UHGV virus genome: UHGV-0367612
DNA length: 64,000 nt
DNA from: a virus
Reading direction: 5' to 3' (one strand)
This document shows, piece after piece, positions 10,001 through 19,655 of the stretch (positions are counted from its first letter, which is position 1; every line of letters begins with the position of its first letter). Both the position numbers and the translations under genes were made by a program. The notes under the pieces are model-generated. The model did no database searches, was not told the DNA's origin, and was given only the letters and a program-made list of their open reading frames with translations.

Positions 10001-11856
10001 ACTTTGTTTGTTGACCAATCAGCCGGCTTGGTTACAACAGCTTCTCCCTCCCCATCAGGTACCTCTACATCAGGCATTTTAGCTGTGGGAGTGAATACCA
10101 TCTCTATCGTCAAGAAGTTATTAGTAGATGAATCCAATGAGGTTGTATTCAATTCCACGTATCCATTGTATACACCCTCTAAATCACCAGTCAATAGAGA
10201 AATTGCTCCTAATGTTGTACCAGATTTACCATTCTTAATTGTGATTTTTACAGAAGCCTGCTCATTCACTAGTGTATCAAAATCCATAGAACAATATAAC
10301 TTGTTAGTTAATTTTATTCTATCCACTAGTGAACCAGTTAGGATTACTGTACCAACTACAGAGTTAGTAGTCCCAACCATCTCACTGTTCTGTTTTAAAA
10401 GGATTGAGTTATTATCTCCCCCACAACATTCGGTTAATCCAACTGAATAATCCCAGAAGGGTGTTACTGGTCTACCAGTCCCAGTACTACCACTATTATA
10501 AATAGCCTTAATTGGGTTACTCATATCAAGGATAGAGTAATTTACCCCTACTCTGGCAAGATCTAGAATTTGTTGGATTTGTTCATATATTAATACCTCT
10601 CCATCTGATGTGGCAGAGGCTCCTGATTTCAATTTACTCTCTGATGTGTACTTGGGAATGATCCCAGCTGCTGGAGTAGAAGATGCTCTACTCACGTCAT
10701 AGAAATGTTCTTTCGGATATAAACCAGTGACTGTGTCAGAGGCTAAAGGTATCTCAAACCCAGTACCAGCTGTATTGGTTATGGTTGCTTTCTTATTGGG
10801 TTCACTATATGAATAAGCCAAGTTAACCCACCACATAGTTTTTCCGATAACTCTCCATTGAGTACCATCTTTCATCACTACATCACATGATGTAAAGTTT
10901 TGTCCTGTTACAGCATCTGTGATAGTGGTTGTGGGAGTTGCTAACTTACTTACGTAAAATACTGCTCCGTCTTTCTGGCTATTTATATCTGGTATTCCGG
11001 CAGAGTTACCAGCTTCTCCAACAAAGTGTAATACTTTACCCATGTCAGATATAGCTGAGTCTACCAGGTCAAGTACTGCCTTTTGAATTGTGGCTCGGTA
11101 ATACTTACCATCTGCTCCCATGACAAGTATCTCATCATTAGCCACTACGCTTGTTTTTGACCCTTGTCTACCTATTATGGTATCAATGTAAGCTTTTACT
11201 ATCTTGTTAGAGATTGCCTTTGTAGATGTATCTGACATTGTCTGATCCACAATCTCGGGATGAGCGTTGGGATCCTTCATGTGGTTAATTAACTCTTGTC
11301 CAATCTCCTCTCCTGAAGTTTCAAGGTCATTTATTTGGTTTTGTAAATCAACATCTTTAGCATCTAGCCTAGCCATCTCACTATCATGTTTTGATTCTAG
11401 GTTATCTAAAGCCTCTTGAGTGGCAGTAGATATGGGTTTATCTAAGTCTGAAGTGTTGTCTACATTTCCAAGGCCAACATCAGACTTGTTTAACCAAATA
11501 TCTTTATCTAAAGCATACCCATTCACTTTTCTTGTGATAGGAACATACTTCAGTAACTCTTTATATACTTGATCACCCGTAACAAATCCTTGTGAATCCT
11601 GAACTACAGAACCACTGAAATACTCTTTGATTTGGTTAGGTGTTAATATCTCTGGTTCAGGTAGTTTACCTTGAACCATCAACATCTCTTCTCCTGTTAG
11701 TGGCATCCCAATATTGGGGAAACTATCAGGAAATATTACATAGTCTCTTCCGCCAATGGGTTCAGTAGCTCGGCTACTTCTTAAGAAATAAGGAACGAAC
11801 GGCTCATCGGAAGAAGGTTCTATTGGATATTTTGAATTATTCTTAAAATTACTCAT
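7036..11856 (-). CDS. large tail fiber / tail spike protein
   Basis: 1606 aa. Gly/Ser/Thr/Asn-rich repetitive beta-structure composition. A coiled-coil segment ('LDAKDVDLQNQINDLETSGEEIGQELINHMKD') sits near the N-terminus. Confidence 0.55.
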   Translation of the reverse strand: MSNFKNNSKYPIEPSSDEPFVPYFLRSSRATEPIGGRDYVIFPDSFPNIGMPLTGEEMLMVQGKLPEPEILTPNQIKEYFSGSVVQDSQGFVTGDQVYKELLKYVPITRKVNGYALDKDIWLNKSDVGLGNVDNTSDLDKPISTATQEALDNLESKHDSEMARLDAKDVDLQNQINDLETSGEEIGQELINHMKDPNAHPEIVDQTMSDTSTKAISNKIVKAYIDTIIGRQGSKTSVVANDEILVMGADGKYYRATIQKAVLDLVDSAISDMGKVLHFVGEAGNSAGIPDINSQKDGAVFYVSKLATPTTTITDAVTGQNFTSCDVVMKDGTQWRVIGKTMWWVNLAYSYSEPNKKATITNTAGTGFEIPLASDTVTGLYPKEHFYDVSRASSTPAAGIIPKYTSESKLKSGASATSDGEVLIYEQIQQILDLARVGVNYSILDMSNPIKAIYNSGSTGTGRPVTPFWDYSVGLTECCGGDNNSILLKQNSEMVGTTNSVVGTVILTGSLVDRIKLTNKLYCSMDFDTLVNEQASVKITIKNGKSGTTLGAISLLTGDLEGVYNGYVELNTTSLDSSTNNFLTIEMVFTPTAKMPDVEVPDGEGEAVVTKPADWSTNKVDRVCISVDPIDDTTLDVITQSELSRIQPILTHIANANVHVTKQDKDTWDAKATEDFVLQKIQDLIGDAPDVLDTLGELAEALQNNPDIIQNILDDLTDIRTNYIPRSGGSSHAMTGDLYVPQRSWTLRNGSEQLLSVDSVGNKYFGSNSGGTYIESANNTALQHKIGSTNYAIWDALNLPSPASTTDLANYIPIAGGRNIGPLWLKDGGANLTTGGIYNASGYALLAFNGSENYISTSLGTTYIRSAANDLIHRRNNVNYKIWDAYNLPNPVQTSDLTKYYKEGDSPMFGESVSALCTRTGGWSYGFYFRHTKAATGSRDVIGTLGIFGNGEVPNYLFFGTEGNEYSSENTLRVYPDKVQWGSKIIYHSGNLPAYPTWATLQGKPTFATVATSGSYNDLSDKPTIPSIPGSLPNPYALTFTGYQSKTYNGSAAVSVAIPSKVSELTRDVDFAIRASDNNMISHGNEFNFANKTQTTVAINYRNGLGTQDGAAITTYNFYNGTGGTYAGITAGLIRAISGLQIGATADFGWYSYSDGGGRIVAGRNTAKGINIKDLLVSDSWADYTKVPSLGIYSKGNININNGKTLNFRGNDLGGAYGGGIGYDTQGNECVAIWAKNNVTRLRWHAGLDLTNGVTANSMMGRTPDFEISKASGDARGFIAGKQIAIRGLNPDTFEENAIFHDLGGHVASTDKTGAIVIELPYGWISTMAHYIVTIFHYFTGKSSRIHIWGYNYSGSSWVNTTCTIEGYEYTVRLGYYNGHCAIIIGSSGDSWAYPQVWVNEIDRGYSAYNTVLSGVTVSFLTDLSAVTQLTTPPVVKPSIAWGSITGKPSTFTPSAHTHTKSQITDFPSSMPASDVYSWAKAATKPTYTASEISGVAREDANNDFIVGENQFNFIPDVGILNGSGSAGTILNINFSGKTKAVTNPISYYRFLKGDRSNNLASIYANKFIGDLNGKADNSTKWGGYTLNIVTTLPTTGTAGNIYFEVG

Positions 11857-11865
11857 GGCTTTAAG

Positions 11866-11910
11866 ACTTAAAACGAAAAAACCGAGTTAACTGACAAGAG
11901 CAACTCGGTT
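11866..11910 (-). terminator. Rho-independent terminator between head block and fiber gene
   Basis: Perfect 8-bp stem accgagtt/aactcggt (11881-11910). On the minus strand it is followed by TTTTTCGTTT. Confidence 0.6.
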
Positions 11911-11938
11911 TCTTACGCATGTAATTGGAAATAATATA

Positions 11939-12502
11939 TTACTTCTCTCCCTCTTCAGGGTCTTCTTCGGAATTTTTTTCGAGCTGATAAGCATAGTCTA
12001 ACTTTTCTTCGAAACTCATAGCCTTGTAAGCTTTTTGCTCTTTCTTTTCAAGGTCATAGGTTTCCAGGATGTACTTATCCAATTCGGTTTCGTCTTTTGC
12101 AAAGACATCCTCCTTACCGGTGGAGAGTAACTCGATACGAGCTTCAAAAATGGCTTTCTCTTTCTCAAGGGTAGAAACTCTTTCTAAGGCTTCTGTAAGA
12201 AGTTGAGATTTCTCTGAGTTCTCATTTCTCAAGGATTCTACCTCTGCAAGAATCTCAGATACATCTTCTTTATCTACCTTCACTCCTTGTGGTCTTTCTT
12301 GGCCCATCTTTTCCATATAAGCCTCTACCTCTTCAGGAGTTGCTATACGAATATGGCCATTACCAAGTGCTGTCATGAACGTACCGTCCATCATAGCTTT
12401 TTCCGGAAATTCTTTTATTTCACCGGGAAGGAGCTTAAATCTAAGGACTGAAGAATAAAAGCTTGCAGCCTTTGCTCCTAATCTAGCATATTGTTTTGCC
12501 AT
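11939..12502 (-). CDS. acidic coiled-coil head-associated protein
   Basis: 187 aa, Glu/Lys-rich coiled-coil. Sits between the capsid gene and the fiber gene. Confidence 0.3.
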   Translation of the reverse strand: MAKQYARLGAKAASFYSSVLRFKLLPGEIKEFPEKAMMDGTFMTALGNGHIRIATPEEVEAYMEKMGQERPQGVKVDKEDVSEILAEVESLRNENSEKSQLLTEALERVSTLEKEKAIFEARIELLSTGKEDVFAKDETELDKYILETYDLEKKEQKAYKAMSFEEKLDYAYQLEKNSEEDPEEGEK

Positions 12503-12537
12503 AATTATAATAATCTTGTTTACACTCTAAATATTTA

Positions 12538-12576
12538 CTAGAAATAAGAATAGGGAGAGAATTTTCCCTCCCTAAA
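12538..12576 (-). terminator. Rho-independent terminator after capsid gene
   Basis: Hairpin tagggag-N9-ctcccta at 12551-12574. On the minus strand it is followed by TTCTTATTTC. Confidence 0.55.
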
Positions 12577-12583
12577 ACTCATT

Positions 12584-13705
12584 TTAGTTTTTCAATTCAA
12601 CAATTTGTTTTGAATTGATATCGAAAGCAGCCGGGAATCCGTTGGTAGCAAAGTCTTTGGTCTTATCCAAGATGATCACTGAATCTTTCCAAAGCTTAGC
12701 AAACCCAATTTGCAATGAAGCATAGAATGCTTCCGTTTGGTTAGAAACGATTCTCTCAGATTCAACCTTCAACGGGAACCCATTCAATTTCAGCAAACCT
12801 GCTGATTTGTCAAGCATAAGGATTTGATCTTCGTCAACTCCACCATGGATGAAGAAATCCAAGTTTTGAGGGATCGGAGTTTTGATGTTCAGGTTAGCCC
12901 GAGTGGTACCTGATTCACGTTGACTGAATTCCGGAAGATCCAATACATCGATTGCCATTTCCTCCCCACCAATCAAGGTAGACGGAGTACGTCCAAGACG
13001 AGACATACGAACCAAGATTTTCAAAAGGTCACGATAGGCAACAGTTCCCACCGTCTTAACTCCAATTACAGGAGCAGCTTCTGAACCATCTTTCTGTTCT
13101 CCATTGATTGCACACTCAATTGCTAATCCATCAACCACGTGACCAAGCAATACCCCGAAATCTTCCAAGAAAATGGAAACAAGGTTCAGAGATGAATACA
13201 TCTTGATTTCATCGGTAAGAGAGATACCACGTCCAATCTTGAACATAGTGTATTCTTTCTGACCGAAAGAAACAGCTCCCAATGGAATTGTCTCAGCTTC
13301 ATTTACTTTACGAGGAGCAGCATCTGACATATTGATGTACGGTACTTTCATTACCGGGCCAGACATTTGCTCTTCTCCACGAATAATGTTCGGATAAATA
13401 GGTGCTCCCCGATATCCTTTTCTCAATGCTGCACGGAAGATTTCCGGAACGATCCAACGAATTTGGTCAACCTCTGCCTGATTCAAGATCATGGCAACGG
13501 TATCTTGGTTCGGGTTGATTCCCATCTTGTACAAGTAAGAATCAAACTCCATATTGTATTTCAGTTTGATGTAATCTTCAACCAACACATCGTTGGGTCT
13601 TTGAGCATCAAAACGCAAGGCATTCAATTCATCGAATACCGTCTTAACTTCTTGGCGGAGTTTGGTTCTCTCAGCCTTTTGCTCTGCTGTTAATTCAAGT
13701 GCCAT
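12584..13705 (-). CDS. putative major capsid protein
   Basis: 373 aa. Position after portal/protease/scaffold-like genes and followed by a strong terminator. Size typical of an HK97-fold MCP. The call rests on position and size only. Confidence 0.45.
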   Translation of the reverse strand: MALELTAEQKAERTKLRQEVKTVFDELNALRFDAQRPNDVLVEDYIKLKYNMEFDSYLYKMGINPNQDTVAMILNQAEVDQIRWIVPEIFRAALRKGYRGAPIYPNIIRGEEQMSGPVMKVPYINMSDAAPRKVNEAETIPLGAVSFGQKEYTMFKIGRGISLTDEIKMYSSLNLVSIFLEDFGVLLGHVVDGLAIECAINGEQKDGSEAAPVIGVKTVGTVAYRDLLKILVRMSRLGRTPSTLIGGEEMAIDVLDLPEFSQRESGTTRANLNIKTPIPQNLDFFIHGGVDEDQILMLDKSAGLLKLNGFPLKVESERIVSNQTEAFYASLQIGFAKLWKDSVIILDKTKDFATNGFPAAFDINSKQIVELKN

Positions 13706-13737
13706 TTTTATTTGGTATTATAAAGTTTCACAATTTG

Positions 13738-14235
13738 TTACGCAACCGTAATATTCATCGGTGCATCTAACACAAGGATACGCATTTCCGGAGTGTTGTC
13801 ATTCTCACAAGGTTCCATAGCGATAGCTACTACAGCACCAGTTGCAGCAATCTTGGTTGCAATCAAGTGAGGATATGCTCTGATATCAGTTTCCGGGAAT
13901 GTTGCCGGTACTCCATCTTCTCTCGTAACTGTAACACCATCACCGGCTTTGAATGCTCCGGCAGATTCTGCGTAAAGGATAACGTGTCCTACAAGGATTG
14001 ATACTGTAGTGATACCACCTGCAACAGCACCATCCAAAAGGTTGATACCGATATATTTACCGGAACCATCATTCACGTATGACTTGATTGAACCATCTTG
14101 CAATAACATTACAGGTTCACCCGGAAGAATCGGTTTTGCTTGAGTAGTTGAAACAAGGAATTGGTTTGCCAACTTATCCTGTTCTCTTTTGTAAATCGCG
14201 GTAAACGAAAGTCCACCAAATTGGTCTCCGTACAT
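13738..14235 (-). CDS. hypothetical head protein (decoration/scaffold?)
   Basis: 165 aa. Lies between the protease/scaffold-like ORF and the MCP candidate. Confidence 0.3.
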   Translation of the reverse strand: MYGDQFGGLSFTAIYKREQDKLANQFLVSTTQAKPILPGEPVMLLQDGSIKSYVNDGSGKYIGINLLDGAVAGGITTVSILVGHVILYAESAGAFKAGDGVTVTREDGVPATFPETDIRAYPHLIATKIAATGAVVAIAMEPCENDNTPEMRILVLDAPMNITVA

Positions 14236-14301
14236 AATTGTCTATTTTTATTTGTTATTAATTTCCTGCAATTAAACTAAGTTAAGGTCTGGAAGTTTAT
14301 T

Positions 14302-15753
14302 TTACTTCTTCTCTCCCTTAAAATCTCTCCGGTAAATCAACTCTTCTTTGATACTCTCGAAAGAACGAATTTCTTTGTCATCATTGTTCTCGTTGTCGTT
14401 TGAGTTGGATTTGAAAGAAGAACGAGAGATATCGTGGCCTCCACAATTCTTGCAAGTTAAGGGAGCATCTTTCTCCAGCTGAGCTTGGTATTGAGCAAGC
14501 ATTGATTTTGCCTCTTTGGCATCGGCTTTGTTGATAAGAGCAACAATAGCTTCATCCTCTGTTTTACCCTCTTCTAAGGTCATCTTGTAAAGATTGATAG
14601 CCTCTTCTCTCAATTCTTTCAGATGATCTTCACCAATCTGAATAAACTCTGCTTTCTCTTTCAGAGCTCTCAATTCGGTTAACTCCGTGGTCATTGCATT
14701 GAATGACTCTTGAATCTTATCCCAACCGGTAACATCACCTAACTTCAGAGAAGCAGGGTCTACCAGTTTATCCATGTTCGCCTTGAAAGCATCCAAGGTC
14801 GTTTTAAAGTTCTCAGTGGTCATTCCTGATAAACCCAAAGCCTGAGAAGCTAAATTAATGATTTCTTCTGGGGTCATAACTTTTTGATTATTTTGGTTAC
14901 TGTTAATTCTGAATAGTCCGTTGAAAGAGTTTGTCTCTTCATTTAGAACAGACTTAAGGTTCCTCCAATCTACATTGTAAGCAAAATTGGTCTGGTCTAC
15001 TTTTACTGACTGTTTCTCTGCAAAGTTGGGTAACACGATTTTACCATTCTCATCAAGTTTTTTTGCAAAGGGGTCTGCTCCATGAGGGACTAAAGATAAC
15101 TCCATGTAATAAACTATCTCAGTAGCTATCTTACGAACGAGTTGTCCTTTCTCATCATAGGTACCCATCTTCTCGTAAAATTCCCATTCTTTCTCAAATG
15201 AGTGAGAAGGTTTCCACCGATAAACAACAGTACATGATACCGAGTGAATTGATGGAGGGGTCATATTCAACCCACGTGCAATATTGGGATGAGATTTGGC
15301 ATCAATCTTTAAACGAGCGTTAATTCCAGCCGGAATAGTTTTGTCGCCCACCTTGTAAGATTCTTGCCAAACATTATCTACTACTGCACCCAGCTCGTTA
15401 CCCACTTGCATATCATGGTTAGGATAAATTGATTGACCAACCATAAGTCCCATAGATTTCTTAAGAACATCAACTGGAAACTCAATCAATCCTCTATCTG
15501 ATATAACAACTGTGTTAGATAACATCCGGAATAGTGGTTGGATGAACTCACCATCCTTGGCAGTGAAATCTTCTTCCTTTGCTTCAGGATAATAAGTGTT
15601 AAATGCAGGTGGATCATTCCAGAATCCGAAACTTGATTGATCTTTCATGTTTTGACCCAGCTCCTCTTTTAATGGAAGTTGGGTCGGTATATTAGAAGCA
15701 ATCAGAGATCGAATCCCACAAAGTGTAACCTGCTCTTCATAAATCTCTTTCAT
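14302..15753 (-). CDS. putative prohead protease/scaffolding protein
   Basis: 483 aa, immediately downstream of portal. C-terminal third is a long Glu/Lys/Ala coiled-coil typical of scaffold. The N-terminal region is globular. Confidence 0.35.
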   Translation of the reverse strand: MKEIYEEQVTLCGIRSLIASNIPTQLPLKEELGQNMKDQSSFGFWNDPPAFNTYYPEAKEEDFTAKDGEFIQPLFRMLSNTVVISDRGLIEFPVDVLKKSMGLMVGQSIYPNHDMQVGNELGAVVDNVWQESYKVGDKTIPAGINARLKIDAKSHPNIARGLNMTPPSIHSVSCTVVYRWKPSHSFEKEWEFYEKMGTYDEKGQLVRKIATEIVYYMELSLVPHGADPFAKKLDENGKIVLPNFAEKQSVKVDQTNFAYNVDWRNLKSVLNEETNSFNGLFRINSNQNNQKVMTPEEIINLASQALGLSGMTTENFKTTLDAFKANMDKLVDPASLKLGDVTGWDKIQESFNAMTTELTELRALKEKAEFIQIGEDHLKELREEAINLYKMTLEEGKTEDEAIVALINKADAKEAKSMLAQYQAQLEKDAPLTCKNCGGHDISRSSFKSNSNDNENNDDKEIRSFESIKEELIYRRDFKGEKK

Positions 15754-15754
15754 G

Positions 15755-17191
15755 TTATTTCACTTTTGGTTGTGGTTTATTCTTTTCACGAGTTCTTTTA
15801 TCTGACTCGTCTTTCTCTTTCTCTCTCGTTTGTTGAGCTCCATTCTCTTCAATAGGTGCTCTTGGTTCTTTCTCAGCTGGGGCATCGTATCCCAGCTCAT
15901 CAGCAGCTTGCTCTTGAGAAATGATACCCATCATGTACTTATTAGAGGTATTCCTGATCTTGTACTCGTTGGCTTGTTCTGTTTTCAAGATATCAGTGAT
16001 TGTTGAAGGATTAAACTCTACCTTCAGAGTTTTAAAATTAAACCCAGCTAACAATAATTCATACCTATACCCTATCTCAAGGTCTGCAGCCACTATACTT
16101 TGTACTGCTCTAAGTTGAGATAACATCTTGGTAAAGATGATACTTAACCCAGTTTCAGTTCCCCCAGTAGTATTTAACCCCATGAATGTTCCAGGATATT
16201 TCAACGAGTTTGCCACTTTCCGTTGAGCTTCTGAGTATAGTTCAGATACTCCATTCATATCCTTAGTAGCTGTATGGAAATTAAACTCATGATCATCCTG
16301 GAATCCGGTTACCACTCCATTAGATACCCCTTTCATAATCTCCTTTTGAGTTTTCAGTAGGAAACTATCTAACTTGGATATGTAAGCGTTATCACTCTCA
16401 CCATCTTCTTGTGTAGGTTTAGCAACCTTAACTTCAAGAAAACCTACCAACCCCATAAGAGTTAACAAGTTATCAACGTTCTGATCCATCCGGTATAACT
16501 TTGCTATGGTTCTCAAAGCCGGTAACCAAGGTGGAATACCATATGGAACTTCTGAGTAACCATTGATGGCAAAGTATTTGTAGGTCTTTGGGTTTAACTT
16601 CATGTAAAAATCCTTTACATTACTCCCAATAGGTGTATCACCCTTTGTACCCACTATGTATTGATATGGGAAATACCTTTGTTTCCTTTTATCATACACC
16701 CAACGAATATTCTCAGGTTCAACCATGAAACAGGATTTAATTCCTTTCAAATCATTGTCTATCACCCATTCATTGGATATACAACCGGTAAGGTATGCTT
16801 GAGCTATAAGCTTACTGACAAAGTTATCAGTATTGGCTATACCATCAACCCATGTTTTACATTTCTCGTTTAGATGATCTCTCATCTTCTTTACCTGGTC
16901 AGCTGGAACCTGTGGGTCAAATTTTATCTTGTGCCCAGTATTGGTCAGTAAAACCAAATCGTTCAGGGCTAAAGATAAATTGTCATCAAGCATAGCTAAC
17001 TTTCTGATCTGCGGAAGTACCTTCAAGATAAGTTCTGGTACAATGAGCTTCTTGTTTGGAGATAGCTCATTGACAACAAAATCCCCACCAATATCCAAAT
17101 AACTATCCCTACCTGCTGATAAGGATTTTGGGTTGGTAGAGACATCCGTTACAGAACCTCCTGCAAGGGCTTTGTCTTTTAGCTTTACCAT
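15755..17191 (-). CDS. putative portal protein
   Basis: 478 aa. Immediately downstream of large terminase (2-nt gap). Acidic/basic C-terminal tail. Confidence 0.5.
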   Translation of the reverse strand: MVKLKDKALAGGSVTDVSTNPKSLSAGRDSYLDIGGDFVVNELSPNKKLIVPELILKVLPQIRKLAMLDDNLSLALNDLVLLTNTGHKIKFDPQVPADQVKKMRDHLNEKCKTWVDGIANTDNFVSKLIAQAYLTGCISNEWVIDNDLKGIKSCFMVEPENIRWVYDKRKQRYFPYQYIVGTKGDTPIGSNVKDFYMKLNPKTYKYFAINGYSEVPYGIPPWLPALRTIAKLYRMDQNVDNLLTLMGLVGFLEVKVAKPTQEDGESDNAYISKLDSFLLKTQKEIMKGVSNGVVTGFQDDHEFNFHTATKDMNGVSELYSEAQRKVANSLKYPGTFMGLNTTGGTETGLSIIFTKMLSQLRAVQSIVAADLEIGYRYELLLAGFNFKTLKVEFNPSTITDILKTEQANEYKIRNTSNKYMMGIISQEQAADELGYDAPAEKEPRAPIEENGAQQTREKEKDESDKRTREKNKPQPKVK

Positions 17192-17192
17192 A

Positions 17193-19655
17193 TTAAATCG
17201 GATTTGTTACTAAGTTTTTCTTACCTTTTCTGATATAGTTAGTTATGGCTTCAGCCATTATGCAGTCATCTGTGTATACTGCATCATCATCGTAGATGTT
17301 ATCATCGTTTGCCTTATCTTTACCCATTGCCACTGGCCTATTTCTGGAATCGAATATGAATGTATATGACTCATCCACAAAGAATTTGTTACATATATTC
17401 ACTTGGTCAAAACGGATATCTTCTTCTAACTCATCTATAATAATTGGTCTAGTGGATGTGGTTGTATACCAACCTGGGATATCTTCTACCTCAGGCTTAC
17501 TTTTACCTTTCTTTTTCAAGAGTTTTTTGGCGTAATACAAGTTAGGATAACCGTGATCCTGAATCTTAGAAGTTACTGCCAACCCAATATCATTTGATTC
17601 TGGTGCTATCAAAGCATTGTTGAAACGTTTACCGGTATGCATGAGGAGGTTTGCATACTTAGAGGGATTTATCTTTCCCCTAAAATAAGCTAACTCCTCC
17701 CCATACCGGTTCATAACAGAAAATGCAGAATAGTCGTTTGCTCTACCAATAGCAACGTCTGCTCCGATAAAGCATCTCTCACCAGGTTTAGCGAAACGTC
17801 GTATGAAAAGTTTCCCATTCTGTTCAATGGAAATATAATCATCTGGATAAGGTAAGCATTCCTCTATTGCTCTGATACAATTCAAATCGAATACCGTATT
17901 ACCTGAAGAAAGGAAGTCACCATCAATCTCCTGTGCTGTTCTCCTTGGACCCAGTGACTTAGCCATCGAGTTATACCACTCCTCGTTTCTTTCAGGGTGC
18001 ATTTGCCAATACAACCGAATAGGATTGAAATAACTATCTCCATTTTTGGCATCAACCCATTGTTTGTGAAAGAAGTTCCCAATACCCATTGGCGTGTTAT
18101 GGTTGATATACAGCGAGTTACATATATAAGATTGATCCTCTTCTACTGAAATATCATATATGTTCTCATAGGTGACGTTCACTAATTTTAACTTAGAAAT
18201 ATTCACCTTTGTAACCCTCTTGTTGTTTATAACTCTACTGATATATGAAGCATTTACTCTTAACCCTAATTCATCTTCAATCTCTCTCATAATAATCTTA
18301 GATGAACCATAGGAGTTACCATACTTTTGATACTTCTCTTTTATCTTACCTATCAATAAGATATCTGGAAATTTATCACCCACACTTGGAGCAACTTTAA
18401 ATGTGGGGGAAAGGTTTACTGCTCTCTTAGTATTTTCTGATTGAGATAGTATTTGTAAGTTTGTTACATAATTATGAGAATGGTCACAATCTATATGGTC
18501 TACTACATAACCTTCTGGAATATCACCTATAAATAATTTAGCTACTAATCTTGATACTGAAAAGTTCTTACTCTCCCCATTTGCCCAAAGCTTAAACCTA
18601 TAATACCCAGAATTACCTAGTATGGGTTCTTTCTCTATCAGAGAATCACCATCCTTTATATATAACTTACCCCAGTTAGATAACATATATTTTGGATAAC
18701 CAGGTATATTCTTGAATATCTCAATACTTGGTTTCTCGGTTTTTTTTGTTTCTAACTTCTTAAACCCTGTATCAAAGGTTATTATATTTAAACCTTCTCT
18801 AACAATTCTACCTACTGACCTCCAACCCTCTGTAGTATATAATTTATGAGCTGGAGTACATCTCAAAGTATTTCCTTGTTCATCTTCTACTTCCCAGGTT
18901 TTCAATATACCTTTGTTCACAGAGTGTGTTACTTTTCTCCACTTACCAGTATGTGATAATACTTCTATCCCTAAATGAGATATATCTTTTATCCCCATTT
19001 CTTTTGGGCATACAGTATCAATTCTCAATGGTCCTTCTTTTGTAACTATTTCAGTATCACCTGTAACGCAAGAGTTTAGGATAGCACTACCTCCAGTTGA
19101 TAGAGTGGGGAATGCTGCTGCCCAGATCCTATCAGCCCATCTTACAATTGCCGCCTCGTCTATCACAAGAAGAGAAACTGCCTCTGAACGACCGGCTTCT
19201 TCTGTTGTGGGGACTGATGTTATTGATGACCCATTCACAAACTCAAGTACTGTGGCAGTACCAAATGAGTCTCCACGTATTTGAGTTACAGGAGTTTGTA
19301 ACCATTCTGGCAGGTTTTTGTACATGTACTTAATCCTTTTCAAAACTCTCTTTGCAACCATATCCTTGATCGAGATAATCTGGATATTCTTGTTGTCATT
19401 AAACATGGCTAACCATAAGCAAAAGAAAGCGATAAGCTCTGTTAAACCTGCCTGACGAAACTTAAGTATGATGTTGAAACGGTTGTTCAGAAAATTCCAG
19501 AGAACTGCTCTCTGGTATTCGTAGAGTTTGAATTGTACTTTACCCTTAACAGGATGAATGATATACACAAAGTTTGCAAGGTAGAATGGATTTACCTTGC
19601 ATGTCCTGTATATTTCAAATTGTTCCTTCGTAAGAGTTACTATCTTTTTCTCCAT
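17193..19655 (-). CDS. terL: terminase large subunit interrupted by an intein
   Basis: Walker A-like 'KFRQAGLTE' and Walker B 'LLVIDEAA' at the N-terminus. The C-terminal nuclease/extein part resumes after 'HN|T'. A 325-aa insertion begins 'CVTGDTEI' and ends '...SLYINHN'. An 820-aa TerL is plausible only once the intein is accounted for. Confidence 0.8.
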   Translation of the reverse strand: MEKKIVTLTKEQFEIYRTCKVNPFYLANFVYIIHPVKGKVQFKLYEYQRAVLWNFLNNRFNIILKFRQAGLTELIAFFCLWLAMFNDNKNIQIISIKDMVAKRVLKRIKYMYKNLPEWLQTPVTQIRGDSFGTATVLEFVNGSSITSVPTTEEAGRSEAVSLLVIDEAAIVRWADRIWAAAFPTLSTGGSAILNSCVTGDTEIVTKEGPLRIDTVCPKEMGIKDISHLGIEVLSHTGKWRKVTHSVNKGILKTWEVEDEQGNTLRCTPAHKLYTTEGWRSVGRIVREGLNIITFDTGFKKLETKKTEKPSIEIFKNIPGYPKYMLSNWGKLYIKDGDSLIEKEPILGNSGYYRFKLWANGESKNFSVSRLVAKLFIGDIPEGYVVDHIDCDHSHNYVTNLQILSQSENTKRAVNLSPTFKVAPSVGDKFPDILLIGKIKEKYQKYGNSYGSSKIIMREIEDELGLRVNASYISRVINNKRVTKVNISKLKLVNVTYENIYDISVEEDQSYICNSLYINHNTPMGIGNFFHKQWVDAKNGDSYFNPIRLYWQMHPERNEEWYNSMAKSLGPRRTAQEIDGDFLSSGNTVFDLNCIRAIEECLPYPDDYISIEQNGKLFIRRFAKPGERCFIGADVAIGRANDYSAFSVMNRYGEELAYFRGKINPSKYANLLMHTGKRFNNALIAPESNDIGLAVTSKIQDHGYPNLYYAKKLLKKKGKSKPEVEDIPGWYTTTSTRPIIIDELEEDIRFDQVNICNKFFVDESYTFIFDSRNRPVAMGKDKANDDNIYDDDAVYTDDCIMAEAITNYIRKGKKNLVTNPI
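18096..19070 (-). mobile_element. intein with HNH homing-endonuclease domain inside terL
   Basis: Splicing block A 'C-VTGDTEIV', C-terminal block 'IYDISVEE...LYINHN' followed by the +1 Thr. The internal HNH motif is 'VVDHIDCDHSHNYVTNLQILSQSENTKRAV'. Confidence 0.75.
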
